A stretch of DNA of 64,000 nucleotides. Source: a bacterium (Candidatus Blackallbacteria) CG13_big_fil_rev_8_21_14_2_50_49_14 (lineage in GTDB: Bacteria; Cyanobacteriota; Sericytochromatia; UBA7694). This document shows positions 16,244 to 26,467 of this stretch, piece after piece; position 1 is the first letter of the stretch, and each line of letters starts with the position of its first letter. Location of the stretch: positions 5,434-69,433 of the forward strand of contig PFGG01000011.1 of assembly GCA_002783405.1 (NCBI GenBank), written 5' to 3'. Below the pieces are notes generated by a model. The model worked only from the letters and a program-made list of their open reading frames with translations, searched no databases and was not told the origin of the DNA. A program made the position numbers and the translations under genes.

Positions 16244-18316
16244 ATGAAACTTAAGCAGACAGCAATGTTAGCTCTTGCTGCAACATTTACTGTTTCTGGT
16301 CTCACTGTTTTCACCGCTCCGGCCAAAGCCGAAGTGACCTTTGAAAGCATGCTCATGGAAAATGGTGGCGACCTCGACAGAACTCACTGGGCAGCTAACG
16401 CTATCCAGGAACTCGTTGACAAATACAAAGTCATGAGTGGCTTCCCCGACAAAAAATTCCGTGGTTCTAAAACCCTGTCCCGTTACGAAATGGCTGCGGC
16501 TCTGTACCAGGTCATGAAGTATGTGGATTCAAGCATTGCCAGCATTAAGCCTGAAGTTACCAAGGCTGACCTTGCTAAATACGCTACCAAAGATGACCTG
16601 AAGCAGATTGCTGCTTTGCAGATGGAGTTCAAAAAAGAACTCGATATGCTCAAAGAAGGTCATATGGAACTGGCCAAGCGTGTCGACATGCTTGAGCGTG
16701 TAAAAGTTCACGGCAAAGTAGAAGTACGTTACCGCGATCGCGTTTCTGTAACCGATGGTACCGATACTGCTTCTCCTCTCTTTGGCGCTGGCAACAGCAA
16801 TGCAACCAAAGTAGTCGGCACCGACCTCGCGGTTAGCGATCGTCCTGCGACCGATGACAAAACCACCTATAAAAACAACAATGGCCAAGCTGAACGCGCT
16901 GCTGGCATGCCCAAGCAGTTCAACAGCCCCATGAGCCCCAATGTCACCGTGGATGACCTCGTGCCTTTCCGCGTTCGCAGCAACCTCAGCGTTTCTGCCA
17001 TGTTGACTGATGGCCTGATGGCTCACACCAGCTTCGACATGTTCGAACTGGGTTCAGCTGGCGGCACCGCAGTAAACAATGGTGGCCATGACGTAAACGA
17101 AGGTTCTGCCAATGGTGGCGCATTCGTATTCCGTAAAGCTTACCTGGCAGCTGGCATGCTGGATGACAAAGATATGGGCGCAAGCTTCAAAGTCGGTCTG
17201 ATGAACTTCAGCAAAGACTTGAACACCGGTTCTGCTTTGACCAACCACTTCGGCAACAACAACTGGACTGGCCGTGGCTACGGTTTAGTCGGTTGGGGTT
17301 CTGCTGATATCGCTGCTTCCAACAACAGTGTCACCGATTACCGCAACAGCATCTCCCGTTACTGGGCTGGTGGCCTGAATGCTTCTATGGTTGACCCTGA
17401 CAGCAAAAACTACAACCAAGCAACCTCTCCTGCCGCGTCTTTCAACGCTGGTTGGGGCTGGGGCAAATTCTTCGTCGGTGCCAACTACGGTTCAGTGCAA
17501 ACTGATCGTGCTGCCGCCGCCGCTGGCAACCTGAACAGTGGCGCTGCCGTCAATGGCGCTGATGCTGCTTTCAAAGTCCAGAACAATGATTCTGCTCTGT
17601 ATGCTGGTGCTGTACTCCAAGGTCTGGATCGTAAGACCCAAGCCAATGGTACTCGCCTGACCGCAAACAATCTGGCATTGCCCTCTCAGTATGGTGATGG
17701 CTACATGGTTGCAGGCCTCGATCTGAACTTCTTCAAGGAGTCCTTCCCCGTTCGCCTGAACCTGTCTGCTATGAGCTTCCTGAACGACAATATGCTCGAT
17801 TTCTCCAACCCCAGCCGTAAAGAAGTTTCTGGCGTGCTGGATTTGGGCTGGAGCAAGAATTTCGGTATGACCGTTGGCGTGAACAAATCCTTCATCGGTT
17901 ATGATCGTCATTCAGTCGGTATGTTCTTCAATGACCTCGGCGGCAGCGGCTTCGACATCCAATTGGGTGCCAACCTCGCAACCCGCGGCATTTTCGCCGT
18001 AAGTGATATCGCAGCAGCCAACGCTGGTGTTGCTCTCGGTATTCCTTTCCTGAACATGGGCAAAGGCAAAGACAATATCAAGTTGATCCTGGCTGCACGT
18101 CAGTCTTTGGGTGATAACTTGGGTGGTTCTACCGATGCAGGCGCTCCCAACCAGATGTTCAAAGATTCCGGTCTGACCGTATCTCTGCCCTACATGAATG
18201 TCGGTGGCAGCCCCCTGAACATCCGTGCTGAATACAGCATGCTCTTGGCTGACGCTCTGTGGCAATTCCGCCCCGTAGCACATGACGTTTCTGTCGTCAC
18301 CAGCTATATGTTCTAA
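16244..18316 (+). CDS. SLH-domain outer-membrane porin (OmpM/Slp/cyanobacterial porin type)
   Basis: GGAGG RBS. Signal peptide 'MKLKQTAMLALAATFTVSGLTVFTAPAKA'. SLH motif 'FPDKKFRGSKTLSRYEMAAALYQVM'. Coiled-coil linker. The C-terminal ~500 aa are Gly/Asn/Ala-rich beta-barrel-like and end in an aromatic residue. Confidence 0.8.
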   Translation: MKLKQTAMLALAATFTVSGLTVFTAPAKAEVTFESMLMENGGDLDRTHWAANAIQELVDKYKVMSGFPDKKFRGSKTLSRYEMAAALYQVMKYVDSSIASIKPEVTKADLAKYATKDDLKQIAALQMEFKKELDMLKEGHMELAKRVDMLERVKVHGKVEVRYRDRVSVTDGTDTASPLFGAGNSNATKVVGTDLAVSDRPATDDKTTYKNNNGQAERAAGMPKQFNSPMSPNVTVDDLVPFRVRSNLSVSAMLTDGLMAHTSFDMFELGSAGGTAVNNGGHDVNEGSANGGAFVFRKAYLAAGMLDDKDMGASFKVGLMNFSKDLNTGSALTNHFGNNNWTGRGYGLVGWGSADIAASNNSVTDYRNSISRYWAGGLNASMVDPDSKNYNQATSPAASFNAGWGWGKFFVGANYGSVQTDRAAAAAGNLNSGAAVNGADAAFKVQNNDSALYAGAVLQGLDRKTQANGTRLTANNLALPSQYGDGYMVAGLDLNFFKESFPVRLNLSAMSFLNDNMLDFSNPSRKEVSGVLDLGWSKNFGMTVGVNKSFIGYDRHSVGMFFNDLGGSGFDIQLGANLATRGIFAVSDIAAANAGVALGIPFLNMGKGKDNIKLILAARQSLGDNLGGSTDAGAPNQMFKDSGLTVSLPYMNVGGSPLNIRAEYSMLLADALWQFRPVAHDVSVVTSYMF

Positions 18317-18338
18317 ACCCGTCTGAAAAGACAACTGA

Positions 18339-18366
18339 GCCCTCGGCGCAAGCCGGGGGCTTTTTT
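18339..18366 (+). terminator. Rho-independent terminator after the porin gene
   Basis: Stem GCCCTCGGC / GCCGGGGGC (one G-U pair) with loop GCAA, followed by TTTTTT. Confidence 0.7.
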
Positions 18367-18473
18367 AATTTCAGCCAGACTTGCGGCCCAGGTCAAAATC
18401 GAGATTGATCTGAATCATGCTTTGCAAGCAAAAAATCAGGTACCATGAGTTCAAATCCGAGGAGAATGCCGCT

Positions 18474-19748
18474 ATGAAACACTATATTTCTGCTGATGAT
18501 GCCGTATCCGTAATCAAAACAGGTGACCGTGTCTATATTCAAGGGGTCGCTGCAACCCCGCATCTCCTGATTGATGCCATGGTACGCAGGGCTGATGAAC
18601 TGCGCAATATTGAAATTGTCCATTTACATACCGAAGGCAGTGCCCCTTATACTGCGCCAGAATATGCAGAAAGTTTCTTTCTGAATGCACTTTTTGTAGG
18701 TGCCAATACCCGTAAAGCGATTCATGAGGGCAGAGGCGACTATGTGCCTGTCTTTTTAAGCGAAGTGCCCAGTTTGTTTACCAAAGGCATTCTGCCGCTG
18801 GATGTAGCCCTGATTCACGTCTCTCCACCAGATCAGCATGGCATTTGCTCGCTTGGCACGTCTGTAGATTGCACCTGGGCCGCCGTGCATGCCGCCAGAC
18901 ACGTCATTGCTCAAGTCAACCCACATATGCCTCGCACCCACGGAGATGGGTTTATTCACGTCTCTCAAATCGATGCCTTGGTTCAGGTAGAGGATCCCCT
19001 CCCAGAGTCTCCGGAACATTGCTTAAGCGAAGAAGAAAAAAAGATTGGCTGGCACTGCGCCAATCTGATCGAAGATGGAGCCACCCTACAAATGGGCATT
19101 GGGGCCATTCCAGATGCTGTTTTGGCAGCATTGCACAACCATGTGCGCCTGGGAATTCATACCGAAATGTTTTCAGATGGTGTGATTGAACTGGTTGAAA
19201 AAGGCGTCATTACAGGCGAATGCAAAAAAGTACACCCCAATAAAATTGTCACAGGTTTTGTCATGGGCTCACGTCGTCTCTATGATTTTGTCGACGATAA
19301 CCCCACCGTGGCCTTCGTGGATATTGGGTATGTGAACCGTACCGACGTCATTCGCCGCAATCCCAAAGTCAGCGCCATCAACAGTGCGATCGAAGTAGAT
19401 TTAACTGGACAGATTTGTGCCGATTCAATTGGCACCTATCAATTTTCAGGCGTAGGCGGCCAAATGGATTTTATTCGCGGCGCTTCATTGTCTGAAGGGG
19501 GAAAACCCATCATCGCCTTGCCTTCAATCACCAGCAAAGGCATTTCCCGGATTGTCCCCTATTTGAAAGAGGGCGCGGGCGTGGTTACCACCCGGGCCCA
19601 TGTACATTATATTGTCACGGAGTATGGTGCCGCTGATCTCTATGGAAAAAACTTACGTCAACGTGCCAAGGCGCTGATTGAAATTGCGCACCCCAATCAC
19701 CGCGATGAACTTGAAAAAATGGCTTTTGAGCGTTTTAAACAGCTTTAG
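18474..19748 (+). CDS. Acetyl-CoA hydrolase/transferase family protein (4-hydroxybutyrate / succinyl-CoA:acetate CoA-transferase type)
   Basis: GAGGAG RBS before the ATG at 18474 (track start 18417). Family-typical N-terminal 'KHYISADDAVSVIKTGDRVYIQG' and C-terminal 'GGQMDFIRGA' regions. Confidence 0.75.
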   Translation: MKHYISADDAVSVIKTGDRVYIQGVAATPHLLIDAMVRRADELRNIEIVHLHTEGSAPYTAPEYAESFFLNALFVGANTRKAIHEGRGDYVPVFLSEVPSLFTKGILPLDVALIHVSPPDQHGICSLGTSVDCTWAAVHAARHVIAQVNPHMPRTHGDGFIHVSQIDALVQVEDPLPESPEHCLSEEEKKIGWHCANLIEDGATLQMGIGAIPDAVLAALHNHVRLGIHTEMFSDGVIELVEKGVITGECKKVHPNKIVTGFVMGSRRLYDFVDDNPTVAFVDIGYVNRTDVIRRNPKVSAINSAIEVDLTGQICADSIGTYQFSGVGGQMDFIRGASLSEGGKPIIALPSITSKGISRIVPYLKEGAGVVTTRAHVHYIVTEYGAADLYGKNLRQRAKALIEIAHPNHRDELEKMAFERFKQL

Positions 19749-19912
19749 ATCATCTGCCCACTCGACCTGACGGAGCATCACTAAGATTCCTTAAATCAAG
19801 GCTGAAGCTCCGTTATCTTTATATATTCTGACAAAAATAGACAATTGATACTGTGTGCCTACACAATGCGTCATTTTTCCTGCGCTGGTACTCACAGATC
19901 CCAGGTGGTATC

Positions 19913-21589
19913 ATGAGTTTAATCATCCAGAGAGGAGCCCGCATGACTGCCCCCCTGATCAATACCCACTCTCCGATTTTCCAGATGCAGGAAAATGAGG
20001 AATCTATACTCGCTGAAGTGGTTGAGGCTTCTCTCGAAAAACTTCTACAAGATCACAGCGCAGAATTTGTTTTGAACGATGCCGCCTATAAAGAAATCCT
20101 GAGGTTGCATAAAAAACATGCCAAAGTGCCCTATTGGCAGAATATCTACCGTTCACTCAACCGCATGGGCCCCGATGAACACCGCAAATTGCTGAAAGAA
20201 TTGGCTGATGAATACGCGCGCGATATTATAGGCCATTTCAATCCCAAGGTCTACCGCTTCGCGACCAGCATGGTTCCAGCCATTCTTTCGCTCTTTTTTG
20301 ATCCCCAATTCAATCTGCGCCGCAACAGCTTTCAAGAAAAGGTCATGATTGAAGGCCATGTTGAATCGGCCCGCAAACTCTCGGAAAAAGGCACGGTTAT
20401 TCTGGTGCCCACCCACAGCAGCAATATGGACTCCATGGTCGTGGGCTGGTCAGCCTTCCGCTCAGGCCTGCCCCCCGTTACCTACGGAGCGGGTAAAAAC
20501 CTATTTACCAACCGAATTTTGAGCTTTTTCATGCACAATTTGGGGGCCTATCGCCTGGATCGTCGCTTGAAGCACGAATTGTACAAAACCGTCTTAAAAA
20601 CCTATTCCCTTGTCATTCTCGAACGGGGTTTTCACAGTTTGTTCTTTCCAGGGGGAACCCGCAGCCGCTCTGGCAATTTGGAGCAGAAGTTAAAACTGGG
20701 TTTGATGGGGACGGGTCTTGAAGCCTATATCAACAATCTGCGCAAGGGCAAAGAAAAACCCAATATTTATCTGATTCCCTGCACAATTAACTACAATCTG
20801 GTGCTTGAAGCCGAAACCCTGATCGATGATTTTCTCAAAGAGCAGGGAAAATCAAGGTATATCATCGAAGACGATGAGTCTTCAAAATTCAGCAAGACCT
20901 TTATGTATATGAAAAAAATGTTGGATTTAGACTCCAGCCTGTTTATCCGCTACGCCCCTCCCTTGGATATTTTTGGCAACCGCGTAGACGATGAGGGAAT
21001 CTCCTATGATGAGCAGGGGAGGGAAATTGACCCTTCCTGCTATGTGCGCAACTGGGCAGGCGAAATCACCCTCGATGCAAACCGAGATCACGAATATACC
21101 CGTGAAGCAGGGCGCAGGGTGGCAGAAAGCTATTTTAAGAACAATGTGATTTTACCCACCCAATTGTTTTCTTATGTGCTTTTCCGCTATTTGGTTCACC
21201 TCAATCCGCGCTTGGATCTCTATCAATTGATTCGAATTGGCGCACGAGAAGCCTGCATTCAGCGCAGTGAATTGATTCAACTCGTTGATCGCTTTAAAAC
21301 CTTTTTATCGGAACAGGAAAAAAATGGGGTCTTGAAATTGGCTACTGCCTTAAAAAATACGCCTGCGGATATGTTGGTCGACGAAGCGATCCGCTATTTA
21401 CAAATGTTTTATTCCAAAGAAGTGGTGATTGATGCGGGCCAACAGATTCATGTTCAGGATATGCGTTTGCTCTTCTTTTACCACAATCGGCTCAAGGGCT
21501 ATGGATTTGAATCTGCTTTCACACGTCAGATTATGGAGCCTGTACTGGGCTCACGTACCCCAACAGGTGAACTCTCAAGAATTCACTAA
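19913..21589 (+). CDS. Glycerol-3-phosphate / lysophospholipid acyltransferase (PlsB-like)
   Basis: Acyltransferase HX4D motif 'HSSNMD' and 'FFPGGTRSRSG' motif. Start chosen at 19913 (AGGTGG RBS). The track ORF begins at a GTG at 19853. Confidence 0.65.
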   Translation: MSLIIQRGARMTAPLINTHSPIFQMQENEESILAEVVEASLEKLLQDHSAEFVLNDAAYKEILRLHKKHAKVPYWQNIYRSLNRMGPDEHRKLLKELADEYARDIIGHFNPKVYRFATSMVPAILSLFFDPQFNLRRNSFQEKVMIEGHVESARKLSEKGTVILVPTHSSNMDSMVVGWSAFRSGLPPVTYGAGKNLFTNRILSFFMHNLGAYRLDRRLKHELYKTVLKTYSLVILERGFHSLFFPGGTRSRSGNLEQKLKLGLMGTGLEAYINNLRKGKEKPNIYLIPCTINYNLVLEAETLIDDFLKEQGKSRYIIEDDESSKFSKTFMYMKKMLDLDSSLFIRYAPPLDIFGNRVDDEGISYDEQGREIDPSCYVRNWAGEITLDANRDHEYTREAGRRVAESYFKNNVILPTQLFSYVLFRYLVHLNPRLDLYQLIRIGAREACIQRSELIQLVDRFKTFLSEQEKNGVLKLATALKNTPADMLVDEAIRYLQMFYSKEVVIDAGQQIHVQDMRLLFFYHNRLKGYGFESAFTRQIMEPVLGSRTPTGELSRIH

Positions 21590-22557
21590 AGAAAACCCTT
21601 TTGCTTCAGAATAACGCGCATCCGGCGTTTTAAATCATGGATCGAAGGTTCGGCGGGATTGGCTTCAGCACAGTTATTAAAAGCCACAACCGCTGAGTAG
21701 ATATTGGCTTCGCCCTCTGCTTTTTCAACCTCTTCAAAGAGCCTTTTTAATTCTTGTGTGGGATCAGGCGGACGCACCCGTTCCTTGAGTTCTTCAAGAC
21801 GGGCCCGACCTTCCAGATTTGCAATTTCACGCAAATGATGCACACAAATCGAAACATGTTCCAAAGCTTTGCGTCGGTCATTGAAATAGGCATTGCTTTC
21901 GAGATAAGCAACGTGTTCTTCTAAAAGCAGAATGGCACGATTATCACAGGCCTGCTTAATCGCAGAAGGCTCAAGTTTTTTAAAATACTCAGCATAAATC
22001 TGAAAGGCCTTCTCCAATTTATGACGCTCCACATCATTGTATTCGCTGGGGCGGTTTCTGCTCTCAATCGCTTTAAGAACCTTCATTAAAGCCTGAACCA
22101 GTTCCTGTTCCTGCTGCAGTTCAGCAAGTTTTGCGTCCCGCTCCATCTTGAGCTGATCATTTGGATTGTTATAGGCCATATAAATTGAAGAGTGGATACT
22201 GTTAAAGGTGATATTGACAATAAAATATTCACCCTTTGAGAGCGCTTCTTGAATGATTTGTTTATTGCGCTTGATCTCAGTTTCAATCAATTGGGTTGTC
22301 ATTTGATCAAGTGAACGCTGCATGACTTCAAAACGATGAAACTGCTGAGGGGTCATCATGGCGTGATTGGCACCAAAAAAGCCCTCACCCTCCCCTGTCG
22401 CCTCAGAAAGCTTACGGGTTATTTCACCCAGATTAATTTCCTCACGCATATATTGGTCGCAGTAATAGCCAAACTCAACACATTTATGCGAAAAAGACTC
22501 GAGAAAATCCTCGATATAATCTGGATTTAAACTATCAGGACTAAAATCGCCTGTCAT
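21586..22557 (-). CDS. Hypothetical protein (323 aa)
   Basis: ORF with no recognisable motif. Its 3' end overlaps the acyltransferase stop. Confidence 0.4.
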   Translation of the reverse strand: MTGDFSPDSLNPDYIEDFLESFSHKCVEFGYYCDQYMREEINLGEITRKLSEATGEGEGFFGANHAMMTPQQFHRFEVMQRSLDQMTTQLIETEIKRNKQIIQEALSKGEYFIVNITFNSIHSSIYMAYNNPNDQLKMERDAKLAELQQEQELVQALMKVLKAIESRNRPSEYNDVERHKLEKAFQIYAEYFKKLEPSAIKQACDNRAILLLEEHVAYLESNAYFNDRRKALEHVSICVHHLREIANLEGRARLEELKERVRPPDPTQELKRLFEEVEKAEGEANIYSAVVAFNNCAEANPAEPSIHDLKRRMRVILKQKGFL

Positions 22558-22662
22558 ATTTTCTATTTTCTTGTTTCAATTTCTAATCTTAAAAACCTTG
22601 AACAACAAATCATCGTGATTCAAAATACCTTGACTCCTCTATCTTAGCAACAAGCGGGTATA

Positions 22663-23289
22663 ATGAAAAACATGGATAATATACATTTTATTGGTGTAGC
22701 CGGAGGATCCGGCTCTGGAAAATCAACCGTAGCCCGCAAGGTTTTAGAAGCTGTAGGGCCCGAAGAAGTCAGTTATATTCAACAGGACTCCTATTACAAG
22801 GACCTGAGCCATCTGCCTGCTGATGTGCGTATGCAGCTCAATTTTGACCATCCTGAAGCCTTTGACAATCAATTGCTGCTTGAACATTTAAATACGATTC
22901 GGCACAGAGAAAGCATTGAAAAACCAATCTACGATTTCAAATCTTTTACCCGCGTTGGTTTTGAGCGGGTAGAACCGCGAAAGGTTATTCTGGTGGAGGG
23001 CATTCTGGTCTTGGGTTATCAAGAAATCAGAGATATGCTTGGCATTAAAATCTTCGTAGATACTGATTCTGATCTGCGTATCATTCGCCGCATTCGCAGG
23101 GATGTACTCGAAAGAGGCCGCTCACTTGAATTTGTACTCAACCAATATTTGGAAACAGTGCGTCCCATGCACCAGCAGTTTATTGAACCGACCAAACGAT
23201 TCGCGGATATTATTATCCCTGAAGGCGGCAATAATCTGGTGGCCATGGACATGCTAATTACGAAAATTCAAGCCCTGCTTTCAAGTTAA
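22663..23289 (+). CDS. udk: Uridine kinase
   Basis: P-loop 'IGVAGGSGSGKST' and Udk-like length. Confidence 0.85.
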   Translation: MKNMDNIHFIGVAGGSGSGKSTVARKVLEAVGPEEVSYIQQDSYYKDLSHLPADVRMQLNFDHPEAFDNQLLLEHLNTIRHRESIEKPIYDFKSFTRVGFERVEPRKVILVEGILVLGYQEIRDMLGIKIFVDTDSDLRIIRRIRRDVLERGRSLEFVLNQYLETVRPMHQQFIEPTKRFADIIIPEGGNNLVAMDMLITKIQALLSS

Positions 23290-24366
23290 ATGCTCCGTAA
23301 AATCCTAAATTTTGGCCTCAAAGCCTGCTTGGTCTGTTTAACCTGTTTAGCCCTTGCTGCCTGGATCTGGAAAGACATGACGCTCTACCTTTGGGAGGGC
23401 GCCAAAGGTCAGGTTTCTTTGCTGATTGGCGGGCGTTCCATTCAGGAAATGCTGACAGACCCCAGTGTTTCTGCCAATCTGAAACGCCAGTTCAAACAGG
23501 TGGCTGAAGTCAAAAACTTCGCAGAACAAAAATTGGGTCTCAAACCCACCCAAAACTACGAAAAATATCTGGATTTGGGCCGGGATTATCTGGTCATGGT
23601 TTTAACGGTTTCTCCCCCCCTGAAAATGGAATCCTATACCTGGTGGTTTCCGATTGTCGGCACGGTTCCCTATAAGGGCTTTTACAATAAGGAAATGGGG
23701 CTGAAGGAAAAGAAAAGCTTTGAAGATCAGGGCTATGAAACACATTTCAGACCCTCTCCGGCCTACAGTACCCTGGGAAAACTTCAAGATCCCCTGCTCA
23801 ATACCATGTTGCTCTATGGCGAATTTTATCTGGTCAGCACGGTCATCCATGAAAGTGTGCATGCCAGTCTCTGGATTCCAGGCGATGTAACCTTCAATGA
23901 AAACCTTGCCAGTTTTATTGGCTACTATGGTGCACTTGAGTATTTCGCGCAAAAATATGGAAAAAACAATAAAAAATACCAAGAAGCTTTGGCCCGTCAA
24001 ACAGATCAAAAAATATTCGCAACCTTTATCAAAGAGCTTCACGACAAACTCAAGAAACTGTATGAAAGTGATGCCTTCACAGCCAATAAGTATGAACGCA
24101 AAGCGCATATTATTGAAGAAATGAAAACTCGCTATAAACTTGATATCGTCAAAAAGTTTAAGGGTTCAGGTTATGCTGGTTTTGAGCAAAGAACCTGGAA
24201 CAACGCCATGATCATGGCCTATCAGCACTACGATCAGGAGCAGGACTTTTTCGAAAAACTCTTAAAGCAAGAAAAGGGCAATATTGCAAAACTGATGCAG
24301 TTTCTTCAAAAGCAAGGCCCCTCAGGGATTCAAACGCTGAGAAAGAAATTTAAATCTCCCCAATAA
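23290..24366 (+). CDS. Predicted aminopeptidase-like zinc protease (DUF2265/PF10023-like), membrane-anchored
   Basis: N-terminal TM or signal segment. 'VIHESVHASLWIPGDVTFNENLASFIG' HExxH-type motif. The start codon directly abuts the udk stop. Confidence 0.45.
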   Translation: MLRKILNFGLKACLVCLTCLALAAWIWKDMTLYLWEGAKGQVSLLIGGRSIQEMLTDPSVSANLKRQFKQVAEVKNFAEQKLGLKPTQNYEKYLDLGRDYLVMVLTVSPPLKMESYTWWFPIVGTVPYKGFYNKEMGLKEKKSFEDQGYETHFRPSPAYSTLGKLQDPLLNTMLLYGEFYLVSTVIHESVHASLWIPGDVTFNENLASFIGYYGALEYFAQKYGKNNKKYQEALARQTDQKIFATFIKELHDKLKKLYESDAFTANKYERKAHIIEEMKTRYKLDIVKKFKGSGYAGFEQRTWNNAMIMAYQHYDQEQDFFEKLLKQEKGNIAKLMQFLQKQGPSGIQTLRKKFKSPQ

Positions 24367-24410
24367 AAAACCCTTGCAATAAATTGCAAGGGCGGGAAAA
24401 AGGGTTTTAA
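24365..24410. terminator. Bidirectional terminator between convergent genes
   Basis: Perfect 9-bp stem CCCTTGCAA / TTGCAAGGG with loop TAAA, nested in AAAAACCC...GGGTTTT. Confidence 0.7.
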
Positions 24411-24428
24411 GGATTCAAATCAACTGGT

Positions 24429-26258
24429 TTATGCGTCTTGTTGCGATTCTTGGGCAAGAATCTCAACAGCAATTTCCTCTTCAATACTTTGCTGAACTTC
24501 TTGGGCCGTTTGGTTGGCCTCTTGAATTTCAGACTCAAGATTGATTTGATCTTCTGTCAGAAGCACCTCTTCAGGTTGGGCAGAAACATTGGACTCGCTT
24601 GCCGCTTGCTCAATATCTGAGACCTGCAAAGCCACTTCCACATCATCTTGGGTAGACCCTGTTGCATCCACCAAAACATCTGCCAGCTCTTCACTCAGTT
24701 CAGCCGAAATTTCTTCAGTCATCACCATTTGTTCAGCCGATTGAGCGGAGTCGACATCCAAAGCCAGGTTATCACTGTTATTTTCAAGATCTTCGACCTG
24801 GGCTTCGCAGAGCAAATCCCCTTCAGCATTCAAATCGCCCAAGGTATCGACATCTGCAGCCACCTGATTCAGGAGGTCATCAATATTTCCACCCCGGGTT
24901 TGATTCAAGCGCAAACGGGCTTGCTCGGCACGCTGCTTGGCCATGGCCAGCCTTTGGGTAAGCGTTTGAGCAATCCGCTCAATTTGTTTACCCGAAATCA
25001 AGAATTTATAGAGTTGCATTTTCCCTGATTCAGTCCGTGTCAGAACATAAAGAGTACGGTTTTTATAGACCTTGCTGTCACGGGCCAGCTTTGTAGCTGC
25101 CAATCCGCGAATACCCGCCAATTGACGGCGTTCCAATTGCTGATTGCCTACCTGTACAGTCTGTACATTCGCAACCGGGCGTCTAGCCTGCAACTCAGCC
25201 TGGCGCTGCTTGAGTTCAGCCAGACGACGCTCCAATTCCTGACGTTGTTGTGCCTGAAGACGTTGTGCCTTGGCACGCGCTTCGATGTCTGCACGTTGCT
25301 GCGTATTCAAACGGTTCAAAAAGAGCTGCAGGTTCAAACGAGCATCCAAGCTCATGGTAGGTTGAGGCGCAGGTCCAATCACCTGTTGGGTGACAAAACG
25401 GGTTTGGGTGACAATTTTTTTGGTCACCACCACACGGGTTTCAGTGACCGTACGGGTTTGTACATATTTGGATTTTTCACGTAAAACTTTTTTACGTAAA
25501 TTATCTTTTAACTGCTTATAGGCCGTTTTATTTCGAAAGCTGACTGTTCCCAGATTGTCATTGGCTTTGACAAAATTTCCCTGAGCGTCTAAGCCCATAA
25601 AATAACGTAAAAAGGCACTGCTATGCACCAAAACCTGACCGCGCTGATTCACACGCAACTGGTTCTGAGGCAGGCGATCGCCATCCAACCAAACCCCGGC
25701 AATTTGTTTGCCATTTAATTTTTGAGCCGCTTTGGCTCCCAGATCCACCACAACAGCATTGCGTTGGAAGGATTGAATACTGTCTTTGTTTTCAATCCGG
25801 TTGGTGGTTGCCACTTGATCGAGAACGACCTTGCGATTATTGGCAGTGGCAACCGTCACTTCAGCGTGGAGGCGAATATTACTGCGCTTTTGCTGTTCTG
25901 GATTAATCACCACGATCACGGGCCGTTGATAGCCCTTGAGCTGTACTTCTGCCTCTGCCTGCCCGCCATCGGACAGATTAAAATCATCCACCACCAGTTC
26001 ACCTTGGGCATTAAAAGAGTGGCGAACCCTTCGGCCCCCAATTCGGACTTCATCAATATCCGCAGCAGAAACAGAATTGGAAACCCCATTTTCATTGACC
26101 AAGGCCAAATCGATCGAGACTTTGTTTCCACTTTCAAGTTCTTTCAACAATTGATTTGCCAAATTAGCAGCCACAGTCAACTGTTCAGCTGTGCAGCCAA
26201 AGCTGCTGATCAATAAAGAACCAGCGAGTAAGGTTTGCATCATTTTTTTTACGAGCAT
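24429..26258 (-). CDS. Secreted coiled-coil hypothetical protein with acidic C-terminus
   Basis: AGGAGA RBS before the Met of 'MLVKKMMQTLLAGSLLISSFGC' (signal peptide). The track ORF extends to a TTG at 26312. The central region is Q/R/E-rich and heptad-like. Confidence 0.5.
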   Translation of the reverse strand: MLVKKMMQTLLAGSLLISSFGCTAEQLTVAANLANQLLKELESGNKVSIDLALVNENGVSNSVSAADIDEVRIGGRRVRHSFNAQGELVVDDFNLSDGGQAEAEVQLKGYQRPVIVVINPEQQKRSNIRLHAEVTVATANNRKVVLDQVATTNRIENKDSIQSFQRNAVVVDLGAKAAQKLNGKQIAGVWLDGDRLPQNQLRVNQRGQVLVHSSAFLRYFMGLDAQGNFVKANDNLGTVSFRNKTAYKQLKDNLRKKVLREKSKYVQTRTVTETRVVVTKKIVTQTRFVTQQVIGPAPQPTMSLDARLNLQLFLNRLNTQQRADIEARAKAQRLQAQQRQELERRLAELKQRQAELQARRPVANVQTVQVGNQQLERRQLAGIRGLAATKLARDSKVYKNRTLYVLTRTESGKMQLYKFLISGKQIERIAQTLTQRLAMAKQRAEQARLRLNQTRGGNIDDLLNQVAADVDTLGDLNAEGDLLCEAQVEDLENNSDNLALDVDSAQSAEQMVMTEEISAELSEELADVLVDATGSTQDDVEVALQVSDIEQAASESNVSAQPEEVLLTEDQINLESEIQEANQTAQEVQQSIEEEIAVEILAQESQQDA

Positions 26259-26467
26259 AGAATATTCTCCTCTGAAATAATTTCGTTGATTGAGAATCTT
26301 AGGCCAGTCCAAAGATTCTCATTTGTAACCCCAAAACTTAGACTCGCTCATTGTTGCACAGATGTGAGGATGACGTAATCAAAAAGTGATTTGTTCCTCT
26401 TTCCCTATTGAAGAGGATACAAAGAGCATGACAGTATGTCAAGAAAAATATTGCGAATGTATAAGAT

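Noticed and set aside
16529-18334. Several 61-165-aa minus-strand ORFs inside the SLH porin gene
   Set aside because: They are antisense to a well-supported gene with signal peptide, SLH motif and RBS. Their composition is typical of shadow ORFs.
26292-26320. Hairpin GAGAATCTT-N11-AAGATTCTC near the 26312 end of the coiled-coil gene
   Set aside because: It is not followed by a U-run on either strand. It lies in the 5' leader (or extended ORF) rather than at a 3' end, so it is not called as a terminator.
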